A stretch of 64,000 bases of DNA, from NCBI RefSeq assembly GCF_963921235.1, contig NC_086108.1:41480001-41544000 (forward strand). The letters are read 5' to 3'. The notes under the pieces were generated by a model that did not search any database, was not told where the DNA came from, and saw nothing but the letters and a program-made list of their open reading frames with translations. This document shows positions 53,260 to 64,000 of the stretch, piece after piece; the first letter of the stretch is position 1, and each line of letters begins with the position of its first letter. Source of the DNA: Mobula hypostoma (taxonomy: Eukaryota). The position numbers were made by a program, and so were the translations under genes.

Positions 53260-55412
53260 TTAGCAGAAGTTAGAGAAGTCGATGTTCATGCCATCAGGTT
53301 GGAGGCTACCCAGACGGAATATAAGGTGTTGTTCCTCCAACCTGAGTGTGGCTTCATCTTTACAGTAGAGGAGGCCGTGGATAGACATGTCAGAATGGGA
53401 ATGGGATGTGGAATTAAAATGTGTGGCCACTGGGAGATCCTGCTTTCTCTGGCGGACAGAGCGTAGATGTTCAGCAATGCGGTCTCCCAGTCTGCGTCGG
53501 ATCTCGCCAATATATAAAAGGCCACATCGGGAGCACCGGATGCAGTATATCACCCCAGTCGACTCACAGGTGAAGTGATGCCTCACCTGGAAGGACTGTT
53601 TGGGGCCCTGAATGGTGGTAAGGGAGGAAGTGTAAGGGCATGTGTAGCACTTGTTCCGCTTACAAGGATAAGTGCCAGGAGGGAGATCAGTGGGGAGGGA
53701 TGGGGGGGACGAATGGACAAGGGAGTTGTGTAGGGAGCGATCCCTGCGGAATGCAGAGAGAGGGGGGGAGGGAAAGATGTGCTTAGCGGTGGGATCCCGT
53801 TGGAGGTGCCGGAAGTTACGGAGAATAATATGTTGGACCCGGAGGCTGGTGGGGTGGTAGGTGAGGACCAGGGGAACCCTATTCCTAGTGGGGTGGTAGG
53901 AGGATGGAGTGAGAGCAGATGTACGTGAAATGGGGGAGATGCGTTTAAGAGCAGAGTTGATAATGGAGGAAGGAAAGCCCCTTTCTTTAAAAAAGGAAGA
54001 CATCTCCCCCGTCCTAGAATGAAAAGCCTCATCCTGAAAGCAGATGCGGCGGAGACGGAGGAATTGCGAGAAGGGGATGGTGTTTTTGCAAGAGACAGGG
54101 TGAGAAGAGGAATAGTCCAGATAGCTGTGAGAGTCAGTAGGCTTATAGTAGACATCAGTGGATAAGCTGTCTCCAGAGACAGAGACAGAAAGATCTAGAA
54201 AGGGGAGGGAGGTGTCAGAAATGGACCAGGTAAACTTGAGGGCAGGGTGAAAGTTGGAGGCAAAGTTAATAAAGTCAACGAGTTCTGCATGCGTGCAGGA
54301 AGCAGCGCCAATGCAGTCGTCGATGTAGCGAAGGAAAAGTGGGGGACAGATACCAGAATAGGCACGGAACATAGATTGTTCCACAAACCCAACAAAAAGG
54401 CAGGCATAGCTAGGACCCATACGGGTGCCCATAGCTACACCTTTAGTTTGGAGGAAGTGGGAGCAGCCAAAGGAGAAATTATTAAGAGTAAGGACTAATT
54501 CCGCTAGACGGAGCAGAGTGGTGGTAGAGGGGAACTGATTAGGTCTGGAATCCAAAAAGAAGCGGAGAGCTTTGAGATTTTCCTGATGGGGGATGGAAGT
54601 ATATAGGGACTGGACATCCATGGTGAAAATAAAGCGGTGGGGGCCAGGGAACTTAAAATCATCGAAAAGTTTAAGAGCGTGAGAAGTGTCACGAACATAG
54701 GTCGGAAGGGATTGAACAAGGTATGATAAAACAGTGTCGAGGTATGCAGAAATGAGTTCGGTGGGGCAGGAGCAAGCTGAGACAATAGGTCGGCCAGGAC
54801 AGGCAGGTTTGTGGATCTTGGGTAGGAGGTAGAAACGGGAAGTGCGGGGTGTGGGAACTATAAGGTTGGTAGCAGTGGATGGGAGATCCCCTGAGCGGAT
54901 AAAGTCGGTGATGGTGTGGGAGACAATGGCCTGGTGCTCCTTACTGGGGTCACGATCGAGGGGTAAATAAGAGGAGGTATCCGCGAGTTGTTGCTGTGCC
55001 TCGGCAAGGTAGAGGTCAGTACGCCAGACTACAACAGCACCCCCCTTATCGGTGGGTTTAATAATAAGGTTAGGATTAGTGCGGAGGGAGTGGAGAGCAG
55101 AGCGTTCCGAAGGAGTGAGGTTGGAATGGGGACAAGGTGCGGTGAAGTCGAGACGGTTGATGTCCCGTCGGCAGTTAGCAATAAAGAGATCCAGAGCAGG
55201 CAGAAGACCAGAGCGGGGTGTCCATGAAGAAGAGGAGGGTTGAAGACGGGAGAAGGGGTCATCGGTGGGGGTGGAAGAGTCCTTGCCGAAGAAGTAGGCT
55301 CGGAGACGGAGACGGCGGAAGAAAAGTTCCGCATCGTGGCGAACACGGAACTCACTGAGGTGTGGGCGAAGGGGGACAAACGTGAGGTCCAGAGCAGGCA
55401 GAAGACCAGAGC
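53260..55412 (-). CDS. Penelope-like reverse transcriptase / GIY-YIG endonuclease ORF (N-terminally truncated)
   Basis: Stop-free element-derived portion of the 776-aa ORF; RT and GIY-YIG motifs as above. Confidence 0.9.
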
Positions 55413-57349
55413 GTGTAAGATACATTACAGTTTTGTCATACTTTAATTCTCCAATGATAGGTACACAGTTATTCACTACTAAATATTCACAAAGGCAGGT
55501 ATGATGATTTCCTTGTTTAACAACTGATGTTTGTTTTGCCTTTTCTAATTTTTGATTTGGAGCACATAAATTCTCATAAATTTTGCACATATATAAGTTG
55601 TGTATGTTGCTTCAGGTAGTAGTTGTTATCACTGGAGCAGTTTTATAAATAATAAGTACCCCCATTTGCATCTTATCAGAATACATATGTTCTGGATTCT
55701 CTTTTTCAATTACTCATCTGCAGCTGGAACTGAACTTATTTTTGTCTGTGTGTTGTTGCACCAAGCCAGTAAATGGCTCCTACTCCTGATCATAGGTCAA
55801 AGAATTTCCAAGTAACTTGCTCTTTGAAAGACCCCAAAACTGAATAACAGGAGAGTCACAAGGCAACCGGGAATTTCAAAGTAATTGCTTCCAGAATCTC
55901 ACCCATAATCAATAGGAAGATGTTAGTAATTGGAGCCCTGGACAAATTCTACCTTCATGTTGGGTTTTTTAGTGAGAGACAAAAGACATCGGACATGGCA
56001 CATCTTGTGATTCTAATTGAAATTTCCGCTGTTTATATGAGGACCCACTCACTGAAAGTCGGTGAGCTTGCAAGCTCCACAACGCATTTGAGCACAAGGG
56101 CAGTTTAACAGCCGTGGGGCTGGAGAGCACATAGGAGCCCCAGGTGATTTGTTTTTGGTGTGACTGATGGCATATCACTGGAAAAGAGATATTTCCTTCT
56201 TTCAAAGATGTGCATGTCAATTTGAAATCAATTACTTTTATATAGAAAATAAAAGGCCCTTGGGTAGACCAGAGAGCAGCATTCACCAGCTGATTTGAAG
56301 CAAGGATTGTCAGGAAATAGACTGCAATAAGAAAACGTTCACCAGGGAATAATGACATGGAGATTTAGTCTTTTACTGCCAAGAATTTCAGTGACTTCCA
56401 GTGATATGGTGTCAATAACCAAGACCCTGTAGCTTTCTTCAAAGGCATGCATTTTCTGAACATGACTGAGAAATGTTTGTGGTTCTGGTGAGTAATTTAA
56501 CTTAGCTAAATTCATTAAAATTTTAATGCATTTTCTGAAAAGATTTGCTTTAAGAGGGATAGTTAATACAATAATTTGGAATAGTATTTCTCCAACCCTG
56601 TGTACTATACAATAGTCCATATTGATTCAAAACTAGTACGTTTCTATGAGGGTCCTGTGGATAACTAAAGTGAGACTTGGTTATCTTAATTGAGACTACA
56701 GATAGGTACAACACTTGGCAACAGTGGAAAGCTTTTGAATAATTGGCTCTAATTGGCAGCTCTGCAGAAAAAAATTGTGAAGAAAAAAGACATTAAAGAT
56801 AAAATTAGTGGATCATTTCTTGCTAATAAGCTAAGTCATCCATCAGTTTGTTTTCATACTTTTAATTGTTTGGCCTTTGAAGAGGAAGCAATTTTATACC
56901 ATCAGTGTTCTCTAAAAGATAGCAAACGTCCTCAGTTCAAAGTTGGAGAAAAACTAATTTACGTTGTGGGTGGTTTTCTGAGATAGTATTGTGTCAGCTT
57001 GATGATTGGATTGGGAAGTAGAGCTAACATAGCCGCATAGCTGATGAAATGAATCATTTCCTAGGTTGCTTCTCTCATCATGGAATGTTTTGACAGACCA
57101 AAAGGAGAGCTGTTCTAATTTTAATAGGCTGCAGCTGGATCCTGCTGTGATGAGTGCACTCACTATTACCATACAGTATTTCCTTGTAGAACACTTTAAC
57201 ACCTAGTCTGTTTAAAAGTTCCATTATTGCAATTAACCCTACAAATGCATTAAGTAGCTCCTATGATTTTACAATAATGTTGTTCTTTATTTAATAGGAC
57301 AATTTAATTATATTAAGATAAATGTGCATTAATTTTTAGCAAAGGTACC

Positions 57350-57960
57350 TCTGTTACAGTTAGTACATACACACTGGTCTGAAATAGGCCTCTGTTGGTC
57401 AGGTTTGACCATGTATATTGCGTCCTTGCAGCCTAGATATGCGAGCCAGGGCAGTACAATATGGAGAACAAGCTGTTGCCTCTGTAGCAAGCTCCACACT
57501 CTCCATGCAGCTGATGAAGCCAATGGAGACCAATACAGTTTACCATCAGCAGTATTGTAGGAGTGGCCAGTCAGCGTTGAATGCAATGTAGGACCACCTT
57601 AGGAACTCCAGCTCTGGATTTTTGCCTCTGGATTTATTTCCGAAGCCTTCCCCATGTGTGGGTATGCCCGCAAGGAAGCTGAGGTTTGAAACCAGAGTTT
57701 TCCTTCTCAATGAGCTGCCAACCACAGCTGACAAGCCCCATCTGCCTGAGGCAATTGGTTTTAAGGTGCCAGTAACCTGCTTTTGCCCCTTCTCCTGTCA
57801 TTAGAAACAGTTTCGCCACAGGTGAAGACCAGGAGCTGGACTTGGCTGTCTGAGATTATGTGATGCGCACACCGTTGGGAGCATTTAATAGGTAGTGGGA
57901 ACTTGTACCCATTACCACCCCTGGTTAAAACAACCTTAAGAAACCAAACATTAGTCTGTA
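57350..57960. repeat. Unclassified interspersed repeat, possibly derived from an RTE 5' region
   Basis: GC-richer block with gttttccttctc...gctgccaaccacagctgacaagccc, which I recall from RTE-related repeats; not verified. Confidence 0.35.
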
Positions 57961-58484
57961 AGAGGGAACAAAATGTTGCTTGGCACAAAGAGTATACTGT
58001 TCACCTCGAACATGTCCACCTTCAAATGTGGCTTTTAATCTTACTCTTCAAATTAGATAAAATTTAATTCATTAAAAGCTAATTATTTTGAGTCCTGAAG
58101 TGTACGTATCATCACCCCAGGTATTAAGCTTCTTTCCATGTTGTCAAGCTCCCACTGAAAGCATAGTGGAAGTGAGAGAATGGAACCTAATCACCAAATA
58201 TGCCAGACAGAGAACAAGAAACCAAGAGAACAATTAGTTGCAATTACTTTTCACACTGAAATTGGAAAATTAGTTTATTATTGTCACGTACAGTCTACGA
58301 AGATGAAGTGAAAAACTTGTTTAGCATTCCTTTTTCTCTCCATTTTTAGTAGCTGTTCTTTCCTATCAGTCTTGTGTGCTTATGACGTTATTCATAACAA
58401 TAACATGCAAGTAATACAGTAACTAAAGTAACCTCCATACTATGGTTACCATGTCAAGTGATTTTTGTGTATTTGGTCATTTAG

Positions 58485-60850
58485 TTTATTAGCTTCACTT
58501 GTACCAAAGAACAGTGAAAAACTTGTCTTGGATACAGTTCCTACAGATCAACTCTTTACACGAGTGCATTGAGGTAGAGCAAGGTAAAAAAAAATAACAG
58601 AGTGTAGAATAAAGTGTTACAGTATAGAGAAAGTGCACTGTAGGTATACAGTAAGGTGCAGTGTCATAACAGGTTAGATCATGAGGTCAAGAATCTATCT
58701 TATATTATTAGGGAAACATTCAATAATTTTGTAACAGCATGATGGGAGCTGACTTTAAGCCCAGCTTTATGTGCTTTCAGGCTTTTGTATCTTCTGACCA
58801 TTGAGAGGAAGAAGAAGAGAATATGTCCAGGGTGGGTGGGATCTCTGATTATGCTGGCTGCGTTACTGAGGCTGTGAGAAGTGTAGACAGAGTCCATGGA
58901 GAGCAAGCTGAGCTGTGTCCACAACTCTCTGCAGTTTCCTGCAGTCAGGTGCAGAGCAGTTGCCATACCAAACTGTAATGCATCCAGAGAGGATGTTTTT
59001 TATGATGCCTTGACATGATTCACCCACTTCCTGAAGTCAACGTCCAGCTCTTTTGTCTTGCTGGTGTTGAAGGAAAGGTTGTTGTCTGGACACCATGCCA
59101 TTACGGTCTCTATCACTCTCCTGTACTCTGACCCATTGTGGTGGTGTCACAGATGGAGTTAGAACAGGATGTGACCATGCAGTTGTGAATGTACAGGGAG
59201 CAGAGTATGGGGCTGAGGATACCTTCTTTTGGGGCAACAGTGTTGAGAATAATAGTGGCAGAAGTGTTGCTGCCTATATTTGCTGATAGCAGTCTATCAG
59301 TCAAGAGATCAAAGATCCAGTTGCAAAGGGAGATGTTAAGTTCCAGACTTTGGAGTTTGGAGATGAGTTTGCTTGACATTATAGTGTTATTAAAGACAGA
59401 GCAGTAGTCAATAAACAATAGTCTAACATACGTAGGTGTCTTTACTCTCCAAAGACGGATGTAGGGCCAGGCTGATGGCACATGCCATGGACCTGTTTCA
59501 GCAGTAGGCATATGGCAGTGAGCTGAGCTTATCTGGAAGATTGGAGTTGATGTGTGCCATGACCAGCCTCTCAAAGCACTTCATGGAGGTGGATGTCAGA
59601 GCCATTTGTCTAGTATTTAGGCATGTTACTTTGTTTGTTTTAGATGCAGGGATGAAAGTGATCTTCTTAAAGCAGGTGGAATTCTCACATTTAGGCAGAA
59701 AGAGATTATAAATGTCAACAAATACCCCTGCCAGCTGATCTGCATGGGATATAAAGACATAACCGGGTACATCATCCAGGCAGTGGCTTTCTGCGGGTTT
59801 ACTCCGAGGAAGACTGAACTTACGTCCACAGTGAAGATTATGAGTGCAGGTGCACTGCAAACTGTTGGGGTAGATGGTGACGTTCCAATCCCCTTCTGGT
59901 CCAGACATGCATAGAGTCTATAACCTCACCAAAAAGGGAAGCACTGTTTCCAGTGATACTGCCTGACTTTGTTTTGTAGCCTGATGTAGCGTGTTAATCC
60001 CCGCCACAACTGATGGCTGATCTGGGACTCAGTTTTAAACTTGTTACCATCTCTTGGCATCCCTGAGAGCTTTATGGAGAACATATCTCAATTTCCTGTA
60101 GCAGTCTGGGTTACCTGATTTGAATGCCACAATATTTGACTTGAGCAGGAGTGGTTCATCCATAGTTTCCAATTTGGGAACTCATAGATTATCTTCTTTG
60201 GTGCACAGTCCTCAACAGATTTGCTGATAAAGTCTGTGGTGGTGGTGACGTACTCACCTAGGCTGAGTGCTGAGTCTTTGAACATAGCTGTGTCTACTGG
60301 CGGAAAGCAGCTGTGTCGAAGCTCACTTGTTCCCCAGACCAGCCCTGTATGCCTTTCTGCACTGGATCATCACATTTGAGGTTCTCTCTGTATGAAGGGA
60401 GGAGCGCTTTACCAAAGTGTGAGCGAGGCTGGTTCAATGGGCATTTTTGATGCTTATCTAACCATGGTCAAAGGCGTTTGGGCTGCTGGTGGGTTAAGAG
60501 ACATAGTTTGGTAATATGCTCTTGAAATTAGCCTGGTTGAACTCATTGGCAATGATGAAGAGGGACTCAGGGTATCCTGTTTCAAGGCTGTCGACCAATG
60601 AGTATAGTACCCTGAGTGCAGGCTTCATGTCTACCTATGGTGGGATGTAGAGTACCATCAGGATAGTTTAAAGTGAACTCCCATGGGAGGGATTATGAGT
60701 GAATCTTCATTATTGGATATGCTAGTTTGGGTGAGCAGGAATCTGACAGGACTGTCACGTCTATGCTCCACGGAGTATTGATTAGAAAGAAACCCTCCAC
60801 CTCTACCTTTGGTCCATATGGTGAATTGAGAAGCCCCCAGGTTGCAAGAA
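58485..60850 (-). mobile_element. Degenerate Rex1/Babar-type LINE
   Basis: ADQLAGVFVDIYNL, MALTSTSMKCFERLVM, YVRLLFIDYCSVFN, SIIRDPTHPGH. Confidence 0.88.
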
Positions 60851-61096
60851 AGTCATATAAAGTATATTAATACATTGAATATACAACATACCGTTTACTG
60901 CACCCCTTTGTATCAACAGAGTGATGTGCACTTTGGATTAGCTTGAGAACTCTTCTGAGGATTTCTTTATTACTGTTTGACAATTCTAGGCAGAGGAATT
61001 ACAAGCTCCTTGACTAGAATCAGAATCCCACTCAGAATTATAATCTTACCTGCTATACTTGTCCACGGGTAGAAGACTGCTTGATGTTCACATGCT

Positions 61097-61168
61097 AAAC
61101 CTTTGTCTTATTGTGAGCATTTTGAAACTGTGAAACCTTTGTCTTATTGTGAGCATTTTGAAACTGTG
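61097..61168 (+). repeat. Perfect 36-nt tandem duplication
   Basis: AAACCTTTGTCTTATTGTGAGCATTTTGAAACTGTG x2. Confidence 0.93.
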
Positions 61169-61484
61169 AAAGATTTGCTTTGAAGCGTGATCCAAAATTA
61201 TACTCTATACTATTAATTTCTTCTGTACCTGTATGCCATCACTTCCCTTCAAAGCTGAAAAATTGTTGGACTTTTACTATTTCTGAGGGGTTAAAGTCAA
61301 GGTTGTCTTTTAATTTGCAGCAAGGTCTGAAATTTCCTCTTGTTTGAATAGCTACAACTGGGCAGGGTACTGGAAATGTCCACTGACATCTCACTTATAG
61401 AACTCCTGACTCCTTGACTCAAGCCTGATAGGATCAGGCCTGTGTGTGAAGTTTGGTTTGAGTCCAATGTATCCATTGGTTAAA

Positions 61485-63703
61485 CAGTAAACACAAAATG
61501 CTGGAGGAACTCAGCAGGCAAGCAGCATTTATGGAAAAAGTACATAGTAAACATAGACATAGAACAGTACAGCACAGTACAGGCCCTTCAGCCAACAATG
61601 TTGTGCCGACCCTCAAACCCTGCCTCCCATATAACCCCCCACCTTAAATTCCTCCATATACCTGTCCAGCAGTCTCTTAAACTTCACTAGTGTATCTGCC
61701 TCCACCACTGACTCAGGCAGTGCATTCCACGCACCAACCACTCTCTGAGTGAAAAACCTTCCTCTAATATCCCCCTTGAACTTCCCACCCCTTACCTTAA
61801 AGCCATGTCCTCTTGTATTGAGCAGTTCTGCCCTGGGGAAGAGGCGCTGGCTATCCACTCTATCTATTCCTCTTAATATCTTGTATACCTCTATCATGTC
61901 TCCTCTCATCCTCCTTCTCTCCAAAGAGTAAAGCCCTAGCTCCCTTAATCTCTGATCATAATCCATACTCCCTAAACCAGGCAGCATCCTGGTAAATCTG
62001 CTCTGTACCCTTTCCAATGCTTCCACATCCTTCCTATAGTGAGGTGACCAGAACTGGACACAGTACTCCAAGTGTGGCCTAACAAGAGTTTTATAGAGCT
62101 GCATCATTACATCGCTACTCTTAAACTCTATCCCTCGACTTATGAAAGCTAACATCGCATAAACTTTCTTAACTACCCTGTCTACCTGTGAGGCAACTTC
62201 CAGGGATCTGTGGATGTGTACCCCCAGATCCCTCTGCTCCTCCACACTGCCATTTACTTTGTACTTTGCCTTGGAGTTTGTCCTTCCAAAGGGTACCACC
62301 TCACACTTCTCTGGGTTGAACTCCATCTACCACTTCTTAGCCCACTTCTGCATCCTATCAATGTCTCTCTGCAATCTTCAACAATCCTCTACACTATCTA
62401 CAACACCACCAACCTTTGTGTCATCTGCAAACTTGCCAACCCACCCTTCTACCCCCACATCCAGGTCGTTTATAAAAATCATGAAAAGTAGAGGTCCCAG
62501 AACAGATCCTTGTTGGAAACCACTAGTCACAATCCTCCAATCTGAATGTACTCCCTCCACCATGACCCTCTGCCTTCTCCACCTGGTCAAACTTCCCTGG
62601 ATCCCATGCCTTCTAACTTTCTGAATAAGCCTACTGTGTGGAACCTTGTCAAATGCCTTACTAAAATCCATGTAGATCACATCAACGTTTTGGGCCAAGA
62701 CCCTTCAGCAGGACTGGAGGCAAAATGATGAGGAGTAGATTTAAAAGCTGGGGGAGGAGAGAGAGAAGCAGAAAGTGAACCGACCATCAAGCCCATCTTT
62801 CCCTCCTCTCCCCACTTTCTGCTTTCCGTAGGGATCGCTCCCTACATGACTCCCTTGTCCATTCATCCCTACCCACTGATCTTCCTCCTGGCACTTATCC
62901 TTGCAAGTGGAACAAGTGCTACACCTGCCCCTACACCTCCTTCCTCACTACCATTCAGGGCCCCAAACAGTCCTTCCAGGTGAGGTGACACTTCACCTGT
63001 GAGTCTGTTGTGGGTGGTCATAAACTGTGTCCGGTGCTCCCAGTGTGGCCTCCTGTATATCGGAGAAACCCGACATAGGAGTCTGTTTCGTCGAGCACCT
63101 ACGCTCCATTCCCCAGAAGAAGTGGGATCTCCTGTGGCCACCCATTTTAATTCCATTTCCCATTCCCATTCTAATTTATCAATCCATGGCCTCCTCCACT
63201 GTTGTGATGAGGCTACATTCAGGATGGAGGAACAACACCTTATGTTCCATCTGGGTAGCCTCCAACCTGATGGAATGAACATTAATTTCTCCAGTTTTGG
63301 CCCTCCCTCTTCACCAATTCCCATCCCTTTTCCCTCTCTCACCTTATCTCCTTGCCTGCCCATCTTCTCCCGCTGGTGCTCCTCCCTCCTTTTCTTTCTT
63401 CGATAGCCTCCTATCCTCACCTATCAGACTTCCCCTTCTCCAGCCCTGTATCGCCTTCTACAATCAACTTCCCAGCTCCTTGCTTCATCCCCTCCCCTTT
63501 CTGCTTTCACCCATCACCTTGTGTTTCTCTCTCCCCTCCCCCACCTTTTAAACCTGCTCCTCATCTTTTTTTCTCCTGTCCTGCTGAAGGGTGTTGGCCC
63601 AGAATGTTGACTGTACGCTTTCTATAGATGCTGCCTGGCCTGCTGAGTTCCTCCACCATTTTCTGAGTGCTGCTTGGAGAACATCTGCAGATTTTCTCTT
63701 GTT
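61485..63703. mobile_element. Penelope-like insertion: inverted 3'-repeat arm (61485-61544 plus 62682-62780) and + strand GIY-YIG/3' end (62780-63703), interrupted by a CR1
   Basis: ORF 62999-63406 VINCVRCSQCGLLYIGETR. Both arms carry the variant CCTGCTGAAGGGT. Confidence 0.85.
61545..62683 (-). mobile_element. CR1 LINE 3' fragment nested in the Penelope-like arm
   Basis: ORFs 62378-62698 ([24 protein letters not shown]) and 61613-62326 (LVRPHLEYCVQFWSP). Short tandem tail at the left end. Confidence 0.93.
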
Positions 63704-64000
63704 GGTACAGCATTCAGGTTTGTTTAGGTTGGGTCAGATTCAGTACTTTAAGTCAAGATGATTTGCTCAATATTATTGCACGTGTCCTCTATTCTTGATC
63801 TATATTTAATATTTCAATCTCAAACAGACCAATAATATGTATATATTAGATGGGGTTGACTGAGATACAAAGGTTGGTTTCGGATCAGCTGTGCTTGGAT
63901 CAGCTAGGGATGGCTTTTACCTTTATGGTCTAGGTTTAAAAATTTGACGATTTACTTTGTTTACTCTTGCTCTGAAAGTGACTAGATATGTCCAGCATTA

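Larger units (their letters stand above)
52862..55412 (-). mobile_element. Young 5'-truncated Penelope-like retroelement (probably Neptune-type) with uninterrupted RT and GIY-YIG endonuclease
   Basis: ORF 53260-55590 has FYLLPKIHK, GRPIVS, MDVQSLYT, KGVAMG, RYIDD, a Cys linker CKRNKCYTC and GVIYCIRCSRCGLLYIGE. Pyrimidine-rich 3' UTR with hammerhead motif. Flanked by GTGTAAGA at 52854-52861 and 55413-55420. Confidence 0.95.

Overview
Vertebrate genomic DNA, not prokaryotic. The repeat repertoire (CR1, Rex1/Babar, RTE, V-SINE-like SINEs, Penelope-like elements) suggests a cartilaginous fish, probably a ray. The only host gene I can support is the 5' half of the nuclear receptor nr5a2 (LRH-1/FTZ-F1 family) on the + strand. 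Four coding exons with canonical GT-AG junctions and compatible phases are visible (27000-27128, 31421-31539, 32272-32413, 39888-40534). The remaining ligand-binding-domain exons lie beyond the window. The gene's 5' end sits in a ~11.5 kb CpG-rich, nearly transposon-free domain that carries CCAAT/GC boxes, GATA clusters and several NR5A response elements. The rest is dense, often nested retroelements. The most notable system is a young Penelope-like (RT + GIY-YIG) family whose 3' repeat carries a minimal hammerhead ribozyme. It shows clear target-site duplications, templated duplications at the 5' junctions, a 33-nt mini-insertion and head-to-head palindromic derivatives. Two near-identical copies in inverted orientation flank an nr5a2 exon. 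Boundaries of old repeats are approximate, and comparisons to human NR5A2 are from memory, not from a search.
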